A program made the position numbers and the translations under genes. Below the pieces are notes generated by a model, which saw only the letters and a list, made by a program, of their open reading frames with translations, was not told where the DNA came from and ran no database searches. Of a DNA stretch of 64,000 nt, positions 29,049 through 37,212 are shown piece after piece. Numbering within the stretch: position 1 is the stretch's first letter; every line of letters begins with the position of its first letter. This DNA comes from a virus, in the IMG/VR virus record IMGVR_UViG_3300037485_001872, positions 1-64,000 of that record; one strand, 5' to 3'.

Positions 29049-29329
29049 TAAAATGAAAGAAGAGGGTACTCTTCACATTCTTTTTCCTCAAGCATCTGGT
29101 GTTTGGAAAAGAGATGAATTACAATTTATAACACTTTGTAATGAACCATTCCTGGGAGATGATGAGGAAGAAGAATGACTATAGATGATTGTAAACTCCA
29201 GATAGCTCAAGATAATAATTTCTCAAAATGGGACTTGGTATATTTTGTAGCAACAGAATCTGTGGATTTAGTTAATAAAATGATAAATGACACCATCCTA
29301 TTGTATCACAAAACACAAGTAAATTTATA

Positions 29330-30004
29330 ATGGTAAAATCTAGATACTCTACAAAAAACATTTCTAACAACTTTCTTACATTTGACTTATTAACTCCCAC
29401 GGAAAAACAACGGGGGATTATGGGTTTTAAAAATGACATCACATGTATCACTGGAGACCCTGGCACTGGCAAAAGCTTTTTGGCATTATATTATGCCTTA
29501 GAACAACTCGCAAATCGCTCCTGTGAAAAAATCATATTAACAAAACCTCTCGTAGAAGTAGGGAAGAGTATGGGGTTTTTACCTGGCACAGAAGATGACA
29601 AGACAAAAGCCTACACAACTTCCTTCTATGAAATAATTGAAAACATTCTTGGTAGAGACCAATTTAAAATGCTCATCAATTCTAAAAAAATATGCTTTGA
29701 GCCAATAAACTTTTGCCGAGGAATGACCTATGCTAACAACATCATAATAGCCGATGAGTGTCAGAACGCTACATTACATGAATTAGTTACATTTGCTACA
29801 AGACTTAGCGACACCTCAAAGCTAATAATGCTAGGAGATGTTTGGCAATCAGACATACGCAATAGTGGCTTTGAACCTTTTACAAAAATATTTGCCTCAG
29901 TGGTTAAAAATATTCACCTAGATGAAAGCTTTCAAATGAGGCATAAGTTAATAACAGACATGTATAAATTATATAAATCACATTTAGAAAATGGAAAACC
30001 TTAA
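29330..30004 (+). CDS. phoH: PhoH-family ATPase
   Basis: GDPGTGKS, MGFLPG, RGMT, IADECQN, TRL...K....GD..QSD, RH.L. Confidence 0.92.
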   Translation: MVKSRYSTKNISNNFLTFDLLTPTEKQRGIMGFKNDITCITGDPGTGKSFLALYYALEQLANRSCEKIILTKPLVEVGKSMGFLPGTEDDKTKAYTTSFYEIIENILGRDQFKMLINSKKICFEPINFCRGMTYANNIIIADECQNATLHELVTFATRLSDTSKLIMLGDVWQSDIRNSGFEPFTKIFASVVKNIHLDESFQMRHKLITDMYKLYKSHLENGKP

Positions 30005-30263
30005 TAATCAAACACTATTTGGTAAAGCCTCTATAGTTAGTGCTTTTGATTTTGGCCAAGAAGTTTGGTTTTTAAATGGCCGACATATCATGAATGGAAC
30101 CGTAGTGGCAATAAAAGGAAGTAAGCACTGTTACTACGCCCATGAAGACATCGAACTTGAAATAAAGTATACAAATGGTGAGATGGGATGTAATTTCTGG
30201 GTGAAGGAAGAAGATGTTTTTAAAACTAAAGAATATTTAATAAATACAATACTAAATCAATAA
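29991..30263 (+). CDS. Hypothetical protein
   Basis: 90 aa, F..GQEVWF...E.DVF.TKE.L. Confidence 0.45.
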   Translation: MENLNNQTLFGKASIVSAFDFGQEVWFLNGRHIMNGTVVAIKGSKHCYYAHEDIELEIKYTNGEMGCNFWVKEEDVFKTKEYLINTILNQ

Positions 30264-30654
30264 ATTATGAATTTTATAAACTCTTACACATCAACTCGTA
30301 AACAAAATGACAAAGCTGTTCTAGAACTACGTTTTGGAACCCTTACAATATTTGAATTGTACTATGATGCCAGTGCTGCTCATTTTAGAATTATGCTTCT
30401 TAACTTTGGCTTAGAAATAAAATAATGCAAGATACATTAATCATCACTCTTTCACAAGAAGACTACATGAAGCTTACTAAGCTCGCAGAAAGACTTGGAG
30501 AAACCTCAATAGAGGTTGCAACCAATATTATTAAAGCGGCCATAAGCTAATGAAAGAAAACGCAATAGACTTTGTGAAATACATTACAGAGAATTATTCC
30601 TTTAAGTATAATAATTATTTTAGGAATGATACACCCCTGGTGCAACCAATTCCA

Positions 30655-30999
30655 CTAGAAAAAATCTATGACCAGTGGTTGAAGAGGACGATTTAAGTAC
30701 TCTCCCACTTTAAGCTTCTCAGCTGGTATATACGTTGTTGCACTATTTGTAAATAGTGTAAATCCGTATAAAAATTTTGGTCTCCATTCTCCTTTTCCTC
30801 CCCACTCCCACATAGGTATATCTTCAAAATACCTAATCTCAGTGAGTATTAATTGGTAGTCTTCTACATAGAATCTAAACCCTTCCAATAAATGTCTATC
30901 TTCATCTCCATCAAGTCCTAGATATATAGTTTGTAAATCTATACTAGGTTTATCATGTAATAAATCAATAGTGTTATAATTTATTCTATATTTTTTCAT
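30655..30999 (-). CDS. Hypothetical protein
   Basis: Likely start MKKYR at 30999 after an A-rich leader. Confidence 0.45.
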   Translation of the reverse strand: MKKYRINYNTIDLLHDKPSIDLQTIYLGLDGDEDRHLLEGFRFYVEDYQLILTEIRYFEDIPMWEWGGKGEWRPKFLYGFTLFTNSATTYIPAEKLKVGEYLNRPLQPLVIDFF

Positions 31000-31231
31000 T
31001 TTATATTTAATAATTTTGTTATGGTGCGAAATTCGTTTATTGAAGGACACTCTATGCACATTTGCTGATGATTACACATAGAGCTTATAAAATTATTTTT
31101 AAAAGCATTGTCATAAAAATGTAAAAGCATTTTAAAGCGTTTTAAGCCACTTTCTCTTATAAGGAGATAATAACCCCCTCCTTTCTAAATATACAAGCTC
31201 TGTAAAAGCCCCAGGTGGCAAATTTAATAAA

Positions 31232-32191
31232 TTACACCCATGTTTTAAGCTGCTGAATATCTCTTATTGTTTTAGAAGAGCATCCTATAATTTTAGATAT
31301 ATCATAAGAACTTAAATCTTTATATTGACCATAACGTATTTCTTTTACAATTTCTTCATTTAACTTTGTTGTTCTTTTATTCTGTGAATTTTTCTTTCCC
31401 GTGATAAATCTACAATTAGTGGGGGTATAATTACCATTAACATCTATCCTATCCATCTCTAATCCTTTTTCATATCCGTTATTTAAACACCATTCTGAAA
31501 ATTTCCAAAAATCTTCTTGCCATTCTTGACACATTTTAATACCACGTCCTCCATAATTTTTATCATTAGATTTACATCTAGCATCTATCCCATACCATAA
31601 TCTAAATACTGGTGATGTATTTTTACAAGGTTGTCTCTTACACTCACACGGGGAAGTTTTTAATTTAGAAATTTTTACCCCAGACATTTTAAAAGTTTTA
31701 CCACAGCTACATGTACCTTCAAACATTTGATAAATACTACTTTTTTCAACCTCCTTAAAGGTTATATCATAAAGAGTTGAAAAACTGTAGGTTGGTTGAT
31801 ATTTAAAATATGAGTTTTCTGGGGAATGTGGTAAAGAAAAATCTTTTCTAGTAAGTTCAAACGATTGATTTAAATCAGGAGTATTATCCTCGTACCATTT
31901 AAGAAAGTCTATAAAATATTTCCATTCTTTACATTTATCTTTAAGTTTTGTAAACCTACCATAGATTGGGTGTTCTTCATAATGACTATTTTCTTTGTAT
32001 TTTGTACGTGTTATTTTATTCATACCACATTTTAAACAAGGTATATTTAATAATTTATTTTGAAGATGAGAAAGATTTAATTCTTTAAACTCTCCACAAA
32101 CACTGCATTCGCATTTAAACTTCCTATATATGTTAATAGTTACATCATCTACTATTCTCCAACCTTTATAATCTTTTCCTAGGTAATTCAT
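31232..32191 (-). CDS. HNH homing endonuclease, leaderless
   Basis: YGGRGIKMC.EW...F..W....GY..GL..DRID.NGNY.P.NCR; start at 32191, 4 nt from TATATTTG. Confidence 0.8.
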   Translation of the reverse strand: MNYLGKDYKGWRIVDDVTINIYRKFKCECSVCGEFKELNLSHLQNKLLNIPCLKCGMNKITRTKYKENSHYEEHPIYGRFTKLKDKCKEWKYFIDFLKWYEDNTPDLNQSFELTRKDFSLPHSPENSYFKYQPTYSFSTLYDITFKEVEKSSIYQMFEGTCSCGKTFKMSGVKISKLKTSPCECKRQPCKNTSPVFRLWYGIDARCKSNDKNYGGRGIKMCQEWQEDFWKFSEWCLNNGYEKGLEMDRIDVNGNYTPTNCRFITGKKNSQNKRTTKLNEEIVKEIRYGQYKDLSSYDISKIIGCSSKTIRDIQQLKTWV

Positions 32192-32195
32192 AACA

Positions 32196-32238
32196 CAAAT
32201 ATACGGCATTATTTTTAAATTTCCTAATAGATAAAATT
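32196..32238 (-). promoter_or_regulatory. Promoter, AATTTTAT-N27-TATATTTG class
   Basis: CAAATATA 32196-32203 and ATAAAATT 32231-32238. Confidence 0.7.
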
Positions 32239-32612
32239 ATATTATACAGGTGGGTATTTTATAAGTTGTGGTATTATTAAAAATTTCATATTAAAAAAAT
32301 TTTTTAGGGGTCTAAAATTTAAAAATGTATTGTGTGATAGATGTACGGATAGACAATATCGTAGAAGGCCACGGCATTTTGCAAACTTGGTGCACCCCCT
32401 ACCAACTTTTTACTAGCTTGTTTCTAATATCCTGCAAACCTTGTTAACCGCTTGCAAAAATATATTTATTTTAGCTCCTTTATATTTTGCCTTATAAGAC
32501 CTTATTATTAGTTGGTAGGCTTATTTATATGCTAGGTTATTTATATTGCCTTATATGTTGCCTTGTTGCCTTGTTTAAGCATAATAGTTAACATGAATCT
32601 ATTTAGGTTAAT

Positions 32613-32703
32613 AGAGATTTTTATGCGGCAATTATTAATAACATTCATATGACATTCGCATGACAATTGCCTATTGCGGTTATGGTATTTAGTATTACCT
32701 TTG
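32613..32703 (+). promoter_or_regulatory. First early promoter: AGAGATTTT..GCGG motif, three TGACA-like half-sites, -7 TACCTTTG
   Basis: AGAGATTTTTATGCGGC 32613; TAACA 32639, TGACA 32650, TGACA 32661; TACCTTTG 32696. Confidence 0.75.
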
Positions 32704-32725
32704 TATTGCCTTATTAATTAAACTA

Positions 32726-32770
32726 CTTAGCACGGATTTACTCCGATGACTGAGGAACGCTCTTTGACAT
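32726..32770 (+). promoter_or_regulatory. Hairpin followed by a boxA-like antitermination signal
   Basis: CGGA-TTTAC-TCCG hairpin, then CGCTCTTTGACAT 32758-32770 (boxA consensus GCTCTTTAACA). Confidence 0.5.
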
Positions 32771-32862
32771 CTTGGCAATTATATAGGGGGTTAACTAAGG
32801 TTAACAACACAAAACCCCTATTCTATGCAAACTAATTTCAATTTTAAAGCAAATTAAAACAC

Positions 32863-33768
32863 ATGGAAACAAACACAATTTTAGACGGTATTTTAGCAGG
32901 TAATGCGCACGTTGAATCGTTAAGGACTCAAGTAATTCAAGCCAAAAAAATGCAATTGCATTCAGGTGTTGAGGGGTTCGAAAGTCCCGAATCTTACGGG
33001 GTTTATAGACATACGGGGGGTGCACCTTTGGGGGTTGTTGGTTCAGTTTTTCAACCAATGGATTTAAACGTATTTATTGACTCGATTGAACAAAGTGTTG
33101 CTAATTGTGGCAATGGTTTGGATATATCTAAGTTACAATATGATGAGTTCAAAGGGGGTTCAAAAGTGGCCTTTTCTTTGCCCGTTAAATCTTACAAACT
33201 TAAAACCCCTCAAGTGGGGGACATAGTTGAAACGAAATTAATGTTTTCAACGGGGTTTGATGGACTAACTAAATGTAGCCTATCTTATATGACTAAGCGG
33301 TTATGGTGTACTAATGGAGCGGCTGCATGGGACAAAAAAACTAGCTTTGAACTTTCCTTTAAAAATACCATTGGGAACCAATTTAAGGTTATGATGTTTT
33401 GTGATGAGGTTATGAATTCAATTAACAATATAGAGGCTTATATTAAGCAACTAAATGAGTTGAATGAATTTAAAGTGACCAAGGAGCAACAAGACAGATT
33501 TGTGACCAAGCTAACAGGCTTTAACATGGGGGAGTATAAAGACCTTAACACTAACAAGCGAAATATTTTAGATAGAATAAATCGTGATATTCTTATTGAA
33601 AGCAATAACACGGGAATGACAGCCTTTAGCTTGTTGCAAGGTATTACAAGATACACCACTCATGAATTGGGCAAAGGGGATGTTAATGCTGTACTTTTTG
33701 ACAATGCAGCTAAACTAAACCAAAAAGCCCATGAACTTGTACTAGTGGAATCATCTAGTTGGAACTAA
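32863..33768 (+). CDS. DUF932-family protein
   Basis: LGVVG..F.P, GG.KV, GFDG, RLWCTNG, T...L..G.T.Y..H pattern; typical early phage gene. Confidence 0.75.
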   Translation: METNTILDGILAGNAHVESLRTQVIQAKKMQLHSGVEGFESPESYGVYRHTGGAPLGVVGSVFQPMDLNVFIDSIEQSVANCGNGLDISKLQYDEFKGGSKVAFSLPVKSYKLKTPQVGDIVETKLMFSTGFDGLTKCSLSYMTKRLWCTNGAAAWDKKTSFELSFKNTIGNQFKVMMFCDEVMNSINNIEAYIKQLNELNEFKVTKEQQDRFVTKLTGFNMGEYKDLNTNKRNILDRINRDILIESNNTGMTAFSLLQGITRYTTHELGKGDVNAVLFDNAAKLNQKAHELVLVESSSWN

Positions 33769-33774
33769 CAAAGG

Positions 33775-33798
33775 AAAGCCCCGAAAGGGGCTTTTTTT
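33775..33798 (+). terminator. Intrinsic terminator
   Basis: AAAGCCCC-GAAA-GGGGCTTT followed by TTTT. Confidence 0.85.
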
Positions 33799-33954
33799 AT
33801 GTCTAAATTTTAGCCCCTTTATTCTAGTTAATATAAATTAGTTAACACACATGTATAACACACACAGATTTAAACTAGTTAACACAAATATAAACACAAA
33901 TATGACATTGTTATGACACAAAAAAGTTGTAACTTTGAAGTCAAATATTAAATT

Positions 33955-34368
33955 ATGGAACCTATACTAATTACTACAGACATTGCCAAAGCTATTGGCA
34001 AGGCTATTGCCGAACAAAGCAAATCTATTCTAACTAACAGAGAAAAAGAATTCAAAGTTAGCTTTAACATTCGAGGGGATGTAAACGTAAAAAAAGGAAA
34101 CGATTTTCAACAAATAGTTAACTTTTCAATTGATTGGCAAAAAGCATTTTTATTCGCACTAAATAAGCTAAATAAAGACACGGCAAATACAGTGTTAAAG
34201 GAATTTTTACAAGCTCCTGAAATTGAAATTACAAAGGAATTCAAAACACGTTGTGATACTATCATTAAAGAAATTAAACAAGCTAGTTTAAAAACCGTAT
34301 CAGGTAAGGTTACAATTAATAATCCTTTTCTATCTACTAATGAAATAGAGGTTTGCGAAAATTGCTAA
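33955..34368 (+). CDS. Hypothetical early protein
   Basis: 137 aa with its own TGACA-box promoter (33903-33937). Confidence 0.55.
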   Translation: MEPILITTDIAKAIGKAIAEQSKSILTNREKEFKVSFNIRGDVNVKKGNDFQQIVNFSIDWQKAFLFALNKLNKDTANTVLKEFLQAPEIEITKEFKTRCDTIIKEIKQASLKTVSGKVTINNPFLSTNEIEVCENC

Positions 34369-34388
34369 ATCGAAATAAGTTAAAACAA

Positions 34389-34416
34389 AAAGCTCACAGA
34401 AATGTGGGCTTTTTTT
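34389..34416 (+). terminator. Intrinsic terminator
   Basis: AGCTCACA-GAAA-TGTGGGCT followed by a T-tract. Confidence 0.75.
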
Positions 34417-34491
34417 ATGACACAAAGATGACATTAAAAAGCTTGTATAATTAAAAAATAGTTGTACCTTTGAGTAACAAATTAAAACATC

Positions 34492-34749
34492 ATGCATAAA
34501 AACTTAGTAGTAACTCGCACAGGCCAAACGGCCACAGGTAAATTAGGCAATTTAATCGGCCACAGTATGGACAGTTCAAACACTGTAAGACCTTTGTCAG
34601 CAAGTGACAAACATTTGCAGCAAATGAATTTAGCTCGTATACGTTTGGCCAAATCATTTGTAGAACCTGAATTGTCAAATGAATTAGCAAAATTCGAAGC
34701 TAGTTTAATTGAATCTAAGGAAGACTTTTATGACATTCAAACTAACTAA
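34492..34749 (+). CDS. Hypothetical early protein
   Basis: 85 aa behind TGACA-box promoter 34418-34472. Confidence 0.5.
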   Translation: MHKNLVVTRTGQTATGKLGNLIGHSMDSSNTVRPLSASDKHLQQMNLARIRLAKSFVEPELSNELAKFEASLIESKEDFYDIQTN

Positions 34750-35003
34750 AATGAAACGCTTAAAATTAGCTCGCTGTAAAAAGCGGGCTTTTTTATTGGT
34801 TGAAAGTATTAATATAGATAAGTTTGTTTATATCTATATTAGTTTGTGTACAATTATTGGTGGGCTTTCCTTACTTTATTTGATGACAAAAAGATGACAA
34901 AACTATTTTGCAGTGTTATAATTAAGTTGTAAATTTGTATCCTAATGATAGAGGTAATAATCCAAACGATAGTTATTTATTCAATCCTAATTTATAACCT
35001 CCT

Positions 35004-35645
35004 ATGTTTATAAAGTTTCAAACTAAGGTGGTAAAACGTAAACAAGTGGTTAAACGTTTGCTATTCTATTACGAGCAAGCCACAGCCACTGAATTAACGT
35101 ACAATTGGTATGTAGAAGCAAACCAATTTTGCCGTGAATTATCCACAGCTTTTAAAACACCATTGTTTCAAGTTGCTGGCATAGTTTCTGCAATGAGTCC
35201 CCAAAAAAATTGGCAAGAAAATAAAAAGCTTGCCTATCAATTCATGAAAGGTAAACGAGGTGGACAAACTAAGCAGCAAATTTTAAAAGCTGAAAGGTGC
35301 TTGATATGTGACAGTGAAACTGAAATATTTTCGTTGCTAACTAAGAAGGGATTAAAAACAAGTTACTTTTATACTAACTTATTACACCCTGATTTTGACA
35401 GTGGGGTGACAATTGATAGACATGCAATCGGTGCTAGTTTAAATGAATTAAAAGACATTAACACAAACATGAAAGCTGCCGTGTTAACAAAGCCACAGTA
35501 CGATTTTTTTGCCTCATGCTTCAATGATGTAGCAAAGGTCAAAAAAGTATTACCATTACAAGTACAAGCCACAGTTTGGCAAAGCTACAGACGGTTGAAA
35601 GGACTTGTTGAAAGTTATAACACAAACGAAGATATTCCATTTTAG
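35004..35645 (+). CDS. Phage helix-hairpin-helix glycosylase-like protein
   Basis: WY..A...VAGIVSAMSPQ.NW..N...K...F..N...VTIDRHA...Y...QA.VW. Confidence 0.5.
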   Translation: MFIKFQTKVVKRKQVVKRLLFYYEQATATELTYNWYVEANQFCRELSTAFKTPLFQVAGIVSAMSPQKNWQENKKLAYQFMKGKRGGQTKQQILKAERCLICDSETEIFSLLTKKGLKTSYFYTNLLHPDFDSGVTIDRHAIGASLNELKDINTNMKAAVLTKPQYDFFASCFNDVAKVKKVLPLQVQATVWQSYRRLKGLVESYNTNEDIPF

Positions 35646-35647
35646 TT

Positions 35648-35884
35648 ATGATAGATTGTAGTACTTATTACGTTTATGCTAATGGTGAAAGGATTGGTAA
35701 AACCATTACGGTTAATGATGGTGTAGATGTTATGGAAAGCATCATGCAAAAAATCAATTCAATTAAGCATTCAAATTATTACACCACAGAATTCAAATCC
35801 AAACTAACTAATATAACCTTCAAAAGGATATATGGTGGACACAGAAATGAAGGAGTTAATTACCACAATGACTTTATATTTTAA
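35648..35884 (+). CDS. Hypothetical protein
   Basis: 78-aa ORF. Confidence 0.45.
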   Translation: MIDCSTYYVYANGERIGKTITVNDGVDVMESIMQKINSIKHSNYYTTEFKSKLTNITFKRIYGGHRNEGVNYHNDFIF

Positions 35885-35942
35885 TGACAAAAAAATGACA
35901 CAGAAACTTTTTTAATTCAAAAATGTTTCGTACCTTTGAATC

Positions 35943-36449
35943 ATGGAAGTAATATATAAAGAAGATGGCCGAGGTACTATCATCACTCCTTTTTTTCATG
36001 AGGTTTATAATAAAAAGGAAAGGATTGAAGTGAATTTTAGCTCATTAGCTAAAGAAATCTTTTCGTTTGCTAAATATGGTGTTATTCAATTTATCATTGA
36101 AACAGACTCTTTAGAAAAAGCAGTTGAATTAGCCAAGGATAGAATAAATCTATTATTTCCTATGTATCCTAAACAAAATGAAATTATAAAGGTTACGGGC
36201 TTTAAATATAATAATGAAAATGTAAAAGTTCCATTTGAGTTATCATTCATGGAAAATACACATCACCAAAATCAATTCACTGCTAATTCCTATAAAACTA
36301 AAATAGGTGACTTATTAAGATATGATTGTAACGGAGATGGTTGGGGATTTTGGTATATTGTAGATGACAATGGAAAAAGAATTTCTGAAAGGTTAAAAGG
36401 AACAACATTTTTAGGTGCAATATCTGATGGTATAATTACAAAGAAATAA
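35943..36449 (+). CDS. Hypothetical protein, leaderless
   Basis: TGACA 35885/35896; TACCTTTG-AATC-ATG start. Confidence 0.55.
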   Translation: MEVIYKEDGRGTIITPFFHEVYNKKERIEVNFSSLAKEIFSFAKYGVIQFIIETDSLEKAVELAKDRINLLFPMYPKQNEIIKVTGFKYNNENVKVPFELSFMENTHHQNQFTANSYKTKIGDLLRYDCNGDGWGFWYIVDDNGKRISERLKGTTFLGAISDGIITKK

Positions 36450-36689
36450 GTGACAAAAAAATGACAAAAAGATTTTGTAGTGTAACGAAAAAATCGTACC
36501 TTTAAATCATCCAAAACTTGGCTTAGTATCCAAAATACAGAGTAGGGGAGCCATGGTTGAAACAAATTGGGTAAAGGAAACAGTTAATCAATATAAACAA
36601 AAATAGTTGTCCATGATGTTGAGAAATGTAGGGGGAATAATGTAGATTTCCCCAAAGTTTCTTTCTTAGGACTAAAAAATAATTAAAAT

Positions 36690-36826
36690 GGGGGATTAGT
36701 AGTAGCGGTTAGAATAGCTAACGTGTAAAGGATAACAAAAGTGGAGTAATTACCCACCATGTTAAACTTCGGATAAACCGAAAAAATACACTTTAGAAGA
36801 CACGGGTTCAAATCCCGTATCCCTCT
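36690..36826 (+). ncRNA. tRNA-like RNA with a structured insert in place of the anticodon loop
   Basis: GGGGGAT/ATCCCTC acceptor; GGTTAGAATA D-loop-like segment; ACGGG-TTCAAAT-CCCGT perfect T arm; CTAA.GTGTA/TACAC.TTAG stem enclosing ~60 nt. Confidence 0.7.
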
Positions 36827-36838
36827 GCCCAAATTTAT

Positions 36839-37010
36839 ATTCCGAAAGGAACGAACAACGAGGCGTCAGCACACGCCTACAATCTAACCTAGTTAGAAGA
36901 GAATTTGGGGTAAAAACACTGCACCGCCCAATATATGTGGCCATCGCAAAGTTGAATTTAGTTCAACAACAAGCCTCGCCTCGTTGAAATTCACAGCGGG
37001 GTTGAGGTAG
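36839..37010 (+). ncRNA. Hairpin-rich non-coding segment downstream of the tRNA-like RNA
   Basis: TTCC-GAAA-GGAA, AGGCGT/ACGCCT, TCTAAC/GTTAGA, GTTGAA/TTCAAC; long-range pair CAACGAGGCG/CGCCTCGTTG. Confidence 0.45.
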
Positions 37011-37212
37011 TGAAATGAAATCAGGAATGTACGTTAAACTAGGGGAACTAAAATACATGTTCCTAGGATTTACAGACTATAAACAAAAATATTGTTTCTT
37101 AGCTGATATACATGGTAACACACATACACAACTTCGTAAAAATTTAACCATATGCATATAATCACCATCCTTGTTATCTTATTTCTTTTATCTGTAATTA
37201 CAGCAAACCGAA

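Noticed and set aside
29281-29327. TGACA box upstream of phoH
   Set aside because: Only a single half-site, with wrong spacing and a poor -7 element.
31109-31215. Reverse TTACA-N6-TGACA pair and AAGGAG/CTCCTT hairpin between two leftward genes
   Set aside because: No -7 element at the expected distance and the hairpin is weak; cannot assign a function.
36690-36826. Canonical tmRNA (ssrA)
   Set aside because: Too short, no tag reading frame or pseudoknots, and no G3-U70 pair; kept only as a tRNA-like RNA.
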